Positions 59,650 to 64,000 of a stretch of 64,000 nucleotides of DNA are shown here, piece after piece. Source of the DNA: Sphingomonadales bacterium. Lineage in GTDB: Bacteria; Pseudomonadota; Alphaproteobacteria; Sphingomonadales; Sphingomonadaceae. Under the pieces are notes generated by a model, which was not told where the DNA came from, ran no database searches, and worked only from the letters and a program-made list of their open reading frames with translations. Location of the stretch: the NCBI GenBank assembly GCA_038211945.1, contig JBBQVA010000003.1:35081-99080 (forward strand). Direction: 5' to 3'. Each line of letters opens with the position of its first letter. Within the stretch, counting starts at the first letter, position 1. A program made the translations under genes and the position numbers.

Positions 59650-60423
59650 TTAACCACTGTCACCGAGTGTAAAGCCCACCGACACCGGACTGTAATATGC
59701 AGCCATAAATGTCAGCCCATCGGGGGGGGCGTTGAGGCCAAGACGGTCGCGGCTGGCTGCCTGCAACGCCGCCGCAAGATCCTCGGCCGACCAACGTCCG
59801 TGGCCGACGAGCTTAAGGCATCCGGCGATCGACCGCACCTGATGGTGGAGGAACGACCGCGCTTCGGTCTCGATGATGACCGTTTCTTCTTTACGCCGAA
59901 CCGTCAGGCGATCGAGCGTCTTTATCGGCGATGCTGACTGGCAATGTGCCGATCGGAAGGTGGTGAAGTCGTGGCGGCCGACAAGCGCTTGGGCAGCGAA
60001 GTGCATGGCCTCGGCATCAAGCGGTTCGGGCACTTGCCATGCCAGCCCCCTGTCGACGGTCAACGGGGCGCGACGATTGACGATCCGATAGCGATAGGCG
60101 CGGCCCGTGCAGTCGAAGCGAGCGTGAAAGCCCGGCGCCTCGATGCAGGCGAGCACGGCAATCGGGGCCGGCCGGAGATGAGCGTTAAGCGCTCCGGTCA
60201 GACGGAACGGGGTAATTGCACGCTCAAGATCGAAGTGCGCGACCATGGCGGCGGCGTGGACGCCCGCGTCTGTACGGCCTGCGCCGTGGACGGCAACTGT
60301 CTCGCCGCTGATGGCGTGGAGTGCGGCTTCGATGGTGCCCTGGACGCTTGGGCTGTGCTCCTGACGTTGCCACCCAGCAAAGGGTCGACCGTCATATTCG
60401 ACGGTAATTCTAAAGCGGGTCAC
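59650..60423 (-). CDS. truA: tRNA pseudouridine(38-40) synthase
   Basis: [29 protein letters not shown]. Confidence 0.96.
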   Translation of the reverse strand: MTRFRITVEYDGRPFAGWQRQEHSPSVQGTIEAALHAISGETVAVHGAGRTDAGVHAAAMVAHFDLERAITPFRLTGALNAHLRPAPIAVLACIEAPGFHARFDCTGRAYRYRIVNRRAPLTVDRGLAWQVPEPLDAEAMHFAAQALVGRHDFTTFRSAHCQSASPIKTLDRLTVRRKEETVIIETEARSFLHHQVRSIAGCLKLVGHGRWSAEDLAAALQAASRDRLGLNAPPDGLTFMAAYYSPVSVGFTLGDSG

Positions 60424-61325
60424 GCGAGCCTGGTCCCGGCCGGAACGCGCCAGCCGTTAAGCAACGCTGCGGTCGCCATCGCGGGCTTGCCGGCGCGCTG
60501 CACCCGTGTCGGACGCAGCGCGCCGTGGGCGCAGGCAATGGTCAGTCGCTCGTCGAGAACGGTGCCGGGCTCGCCATCCGCATCGATCACCTCGGCGGCA
60601 AGCAGCTTGAGCCGCTCGCCAGCGATTTCGATGAACGCACCAGGTGCAGGGTTGAACGCGCGCACCTGCCGTTCTGCCTGAACGGCGGAACCCGAGATTA
60701 CGAGGCGCGCCTCGGCCTTGTCGATCTTGGCGGCATAGGTCACGCCCTCTACAGGTTGCGCGGCCATAGGCAGCGTATCGAGCCGGGCTAGCGTGTCGAC
60801 AACCAGATCCGCGCCCAACGCTGCAAGCTCCATAGTCAGTTCGCCCGCAGTCTTGTGACCGATTGGTGTTTCAACCCGCAGCAGCATCGGCCCGGTATCG
60901 AGTCCCCGCTCCATCGCTATGATTGTGATGCCTGTGTCCATGTCCCCGGCCAGGATCGCCCGCTGCACCGGCGCGGCACCCCGCCAGCGCGGCAGAAGTG
61001 AGCCATGGATATTGAAACAGCCACGTGTCGGAGCATCGAGGATCGCTTGCGGTAGGATCAGGCCATAAGCCGCGACAACAGCCACATCGAGGTTCAGCGC
61101 CGCAAATGCCGCCCGGTCCTCGTCGGCCCTGAAGTTGACAGGCGACCGTACTGGCAACCCCAGCCCGTCGGCGCAGCGATGGACTGCTGATAGCGACAGC
61201 GCCTTGCCGCGATTGGCCGGGCGCGGCGGCTGGGTATAAACGGCAGCGATATCATGCCGAGCCACAACGAGCGCCTCCAGCGCAGGTACGGCGAAATCCG
61301 GGGTTCCCATGAAGGCGATGCGCAT
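60420..61325 (-). CDS. fmt: Methionyl-tRNA formyltransferase
   Basis: [31 protein letters not shown]. Confidence 0.97.
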   Translation of the reverse strand: MRIAFMGTPDFAVPALEALVVARHDIAAVYTQPPRPANRGKALSLSAVHRCADGLGLPVRSPVNFRADEDRAAFAALNLDVAVVAAYGLILPQAILDAPTRGCFNIHGSLLPRWRGAAPVQRAILAGDMDTGITIIAMERGLDTGPMLLRVETPIGHKTAGELTMELAALGADLVVDTLARLDTLPMAAQPVEGVTYAAKIDKAEARLVISGSAVQAERQVRAFNPAPGAFIEIAGERLKLLAAEVIDADGEPGTVLDERLTIACAHGALRPTRVQRAGKPAMATAALLNGWRVPAGTRLA

Positions 61326-61371
61326 CGTGGGGGGCTAGTCTAACCGGCGCGGCAACGCCATATCTGTGCCG

Positions 61372-61968
61372 ATGTCGTCACCCGAAATCGATGCGCTAGC
61401 TCAGGCGATGGCGCGGCTGCCGGGGCTCGGCCCGCGTTCGGCGCGGCGTGCTGTGCTGCACCTGATCAAGCGACGCGAGACGGCGTTGGTGCCGCTGATC
61501 ACGGCGTTGCAGTCAGTCGCCGCTGGCCTGTCGACCTGCGACACCTGCGGCAATGTCGATACGCGCAACCCGTGCGGTATCTGTACCGATCCGCGCCGCG
61601 ACGCCGCGACTTTGTGCGTCGTCGAGGAGGTCGCCGATTTATGGGCGCTTGACCGGGCGCGACTGTTTCCGGGGCGCTTTCATGTGCTCGGCGGACGGCT
61701 GTCGGCGTTGGACGGGGTGCGACCCGAGGATCTGACCGTGGATGCACTGGTCGCGCGCGCTTCGGTCGGTGAAATCACCGAAGTCGTGCTGGCAATGAAT
61801 GCGACGCTCGAAGGTCAGACGACGATGCACTATGTCGCCGACCGTCTCGCGGGTCTGCCAGTTCGGGTGATGCAGTTGGCGCATGGGCTGCCGGTCGGCG
61901 GCGAACTCGACTATCTCGACGAGGGTACGCTGGCGTTGGCGTTGCGGGCGCGTCGCCCTGTTCAATGA
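61372..61968 (+). CDS. recR: Recombination mediator RecR
   Basis: [12 protein letters not shown]4 zinc finger, [16 protein letters not shown]. Confidence 0.97.
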   Translation: MSSPEIDALAQAMARLPGLGPRSARRAVLHLIKRRETALVPLITALQSVAAGLSTCDTCGNVDTRNPCGICTDPRRDAATLCVVEEVADLWALDRARLFPGRFHVLGGRLSALDGVRPEDLTVDALVARASVGEITEVVLAMNATLEGQTTMHYVADRLAGLPVRVMQLAHGLPVGGELDYLDEGTLALALRARRPVQ

Positions 61969-62022
61969 AGCCGCTAAGCGGCTGACGTTGACGTTAGCGT
62001 GTTGCATACTTAGCTGGAACAA

Positions 62023-62577
62023 ATGGCCATTCTCGACATCATTGAAATTCCGGACACCCGGTTAAAACAGGTTTCAGTACCTGTTGCCGCTGTCACCGAC
62101 GCCACCCGCGCGCTGATCGCCGACATGTTTGAGACGATGTATGATGCACCCGGCATCGGGTTGGCGGCAGTTCAGATCGGCGTCCCCCAGCGTATCCTGG
62201 TCATCGACCTGCAGCGCCCCGGTGTTTCCGATCCCGACGCTGCCGACGACGCGCCGCCGCCCCCTGACGTGCGCGACCCCAAAGTGTTCATCAACCCCGA
62301 AATACTTTGGGAATCGGACGAGGTGACCTTCTACAACGAAGGCTGCCTGTCGGTGCCCGAACAATATGCCGATGTGCCCCGCCCGGCGCAGATCAAGGCG
62401 AAGTGGCTGGATATCGATGGTGCCGAGCATATCGAGGACATCGACGGCCTGTTGGCGACGTGCCTGCAGCATGAGATCGACCATTTGAACGGCGTGCTGT
62501 TCATCGACCATCTGTCGAAGCTGAAGCGCGACATCATCATCAAGAAGCTCGTCAAGGCGCAGCGCAAGGCTGCGTAA
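62023..62577 (+). CDS. def: Peptide deformylase
   Basis: GIGLAAVQ, EGCLS, QHEIDHLNG. Confidence 0.97.
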   Translation: MAILDIIEIPDTRLKQVSVPVAAVTDATRALIADMFETMYDAPGIGLAAVQIGVPQRILVIDLQRPGVSDPDAADDAPPPPDVRDPKVFINPEILWESDEVTFYNEGCLSVPEQYADVPRPAQIKAKWLDIDGAEHIEDIDGLLATCLQHEIDHLNGVLFIDHLSKLKRDIIIKKLVKAQRKAA

Positions 62578-63126
62578 ATGCTGCGCGAAACAAAGGGCCG
62601 CGTCACGCTGGTTGCCGCGACAGCAGCGACGCTCGATGCTGAGGATCGGGGCGGCGCGGCGATCGCGGATGTGCTCGGCGTTGTCGCACCGACGGAATGG
62701 CCGCCCGAACATAATGATGCCGAATCTCGGGCGTGGTTCGCTGCGACGCTTGCTGCAAATCCCGCCGCACCCGGCTGTGCGGCATGGTACATCGTTGCCG
62801 ATGGCCGCCTGTGCGGAACGTGCGGCTACAAGGGGCCACCCCATGAAACCGGGGCGGTAGAGATCGGCTATTCGGTGCTGCCGTCCGATCAGCGGCAGGG
62901 ACACGCGACGGTGGCTGTCCAGCTCCTCATCGCGCGCGCGTTTCGCGATCCGGCGGTGGCGGTGATTGTCGCTGAAACCTTGCCCTCTTTGCTGCCGTCC
63001 CAAGGCGTGCTGCTTAAATGCGGTTTTGCGCACATCGGCGCCGCGTCGAGGAAGAGCTTGGCGAAGTCTGGCGCTACGCCTTGCCGCGCGAGGCCTATTG
63101 GGGGGCAAACACGCCGGCTAATGTGA
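62578..63126 (+). CDS. GNAT acetyltransferase (RimL-like), possibly frameshifted near the 3' end
   Basis: GYKGPP, VEIGYSV, QRQGHAT, SQGVLLKCGF. Confidence 0.8.
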   Translation: MLRETKGRVTLVAATAATLDAEDRGGAAIADVLGVVAPTEWPPEHNDAESRAWFAATLAANPAAPGCAAWYIVADGRLCGTCGYKGPPHETGAVEIGYSVLPSDQRQGHATVAVQLLIARAFRDPAVAVIVAETLPSLLPSQGVLLKCGFAHIGAASRKSLAKSGATPCRARPIGGQTRRLM

Positions 63127-63154
63127 TTGCCTGACCGGGCGCGGACTCTGTCGC

Positions 63155-63826
63155 CTAGCGCGCTATCGCTGCAATAATTCGCGCCGCCACAGCCTCTGGA
63201 GCCTGCACCGTCTTCGGGTCTTCCCCCGGAAATGCCCGCGCGCGCATCGCGGTGCGGGTCGCGCCAGGGTTCAGGATGTGGGTGCGAACCGCAGTCACCG
63301 TGCCGACTTCGGCACCATAGGTCGCCACCAAATTCTCCAGCGCGGCCTTGGACGCGGCATAGGCCCCCCAATAGGCGCGCGGGGCAGTGGCGACAGTGGA
63401 CGTGACTGCGACGACGTCTGCGCCCACGCTCGCCCGCAGCCAGGGATCGAACGCCCGGATCAGCCGCCAGTTGGCGGTGAGGTTGAGCGCCATCACCCGG
63501 TCCCAGTCCTTCAGATCGATGTGCGGCACCGGCGTCAGGCTGCCGAGTGTCCCCGCGTTCAACACCAGCACATCGAGCCGACCCCATCGCGCACCCAGCG
63601 CGGCGGCCAGCCGGTCGATGGCGTCGTAATCCATCAGATCGAAAGGGGCGATTGTCGCGGTCCCACCAGCGGCGTCGATTCGGGTCTCGACAGCCTCAAG
63701 GTCCTTTGCTGTCCGCGCTGTCAGGACGACATGGTAGTCAGCGGCGGCGAGGGCTTCTGCGGTGGCAGCACCGATGCCCCGACTTGCGCCGGTCACCAGC
63801 GCGAGCCGCTTATTCTCGTCACTCAA
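63155..63826 (-). CDS. SDR oxidoreductase (YciK-like)
   Basis: TGASRGIG, YWGAYAASK, NPGATRTAMRA; follows purF. Confidence 0.92.
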   Translation of the reverse strand: MSDENKRLALVTGASRGIGAATAEALAAADYHVVLTARTAKDLEAVETRIDAAGGTATIAPFDLMDYDAIDRLAAALGARWGRLDVLVLNAGTLGSLTPVPHIDLKDWDRVMALNLTANWRLIRAFDPWLRASVGADVVAVTSTVATAPRAYWGAYAASKAALENLVATYGAEVGTVTAVRTHILNPGATRTAMRARAFPGEDPKTVQAPEAVAARIIAAIAR

Positions 63827-63827
63827 G

Positions 63828-64000
63828 TCAAATCACTCGTTCGGCCAGAAGGCTCAGTTGGTCCGGTGCTTCGGCGGCCTCATGATCGGTCAGCCGCGTC
63901 GGATAATCGCCGGTGAAGCAGGCATCGCAAAACTGCGGCGCATCATCCATCCGCGCATCCTCGCCAAGAGCGCGATACAGGCCGTCGATCGACAAAAATG
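63828..64000 (-). CDS. purF: Amidophosphoribosyltransferase, 3' end only (truncated by window)
   Basis: FLSIDGLYRALG..QFCDACFTGDYP. Confidence 0.88.
   Translation of the reverse strand, partial: FLSIDGLYRALGEDARMDDAPQFCDACFTGDYPTRLTDHEAAEAPDQLSLLAERVI

Overview
GC-rich alphaproteobacterial chromosomal DNA, most likely Sphingomonadales, inferred from three PEPxxWA-type PEP-CTERM proteins, gene order and repeat families. The window is mostly core genes: rnhA-thrB-ispH, a gcvTHP operon led by a glycine riboswitch, glmU-vapBC-glmS, phoR-pstSCAB-phoU-phoB with a Pho box, an RND pump, the Anbu operon, tRNA-Pro and tRNA-Ile2, trxB-LysR, polyamine genes, glpD/glpK, pdxH, truA-fmt-recR-def and the purF 3' end. 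No integrase, transposase, phage gene or CRISPR array was seen. The most interesting signals are small or non-coding and are missed by the ORF track. (1) A multi-hairpin sRNA with anti-Shine-Dalgarno loops lies downstream of trxB-LysR, resembling the VtlR/LsrB-AbcR arrangement. (2) A 21-codon ORF has a 17-nt ribosome-binding site complementary to the 16S rRNA 3' end. (3) Two unlinked intergenic units share a promoter, an operator-like site and a 42-nt CU-rich motif. (4) A membrane-anchored CadC-like regulator faces a PEP-CTERM gene across phased direct repeats. (5) A small membrane protein has a sigma54 promoter. All calls come from reading the sequence by eye; no searches were run.
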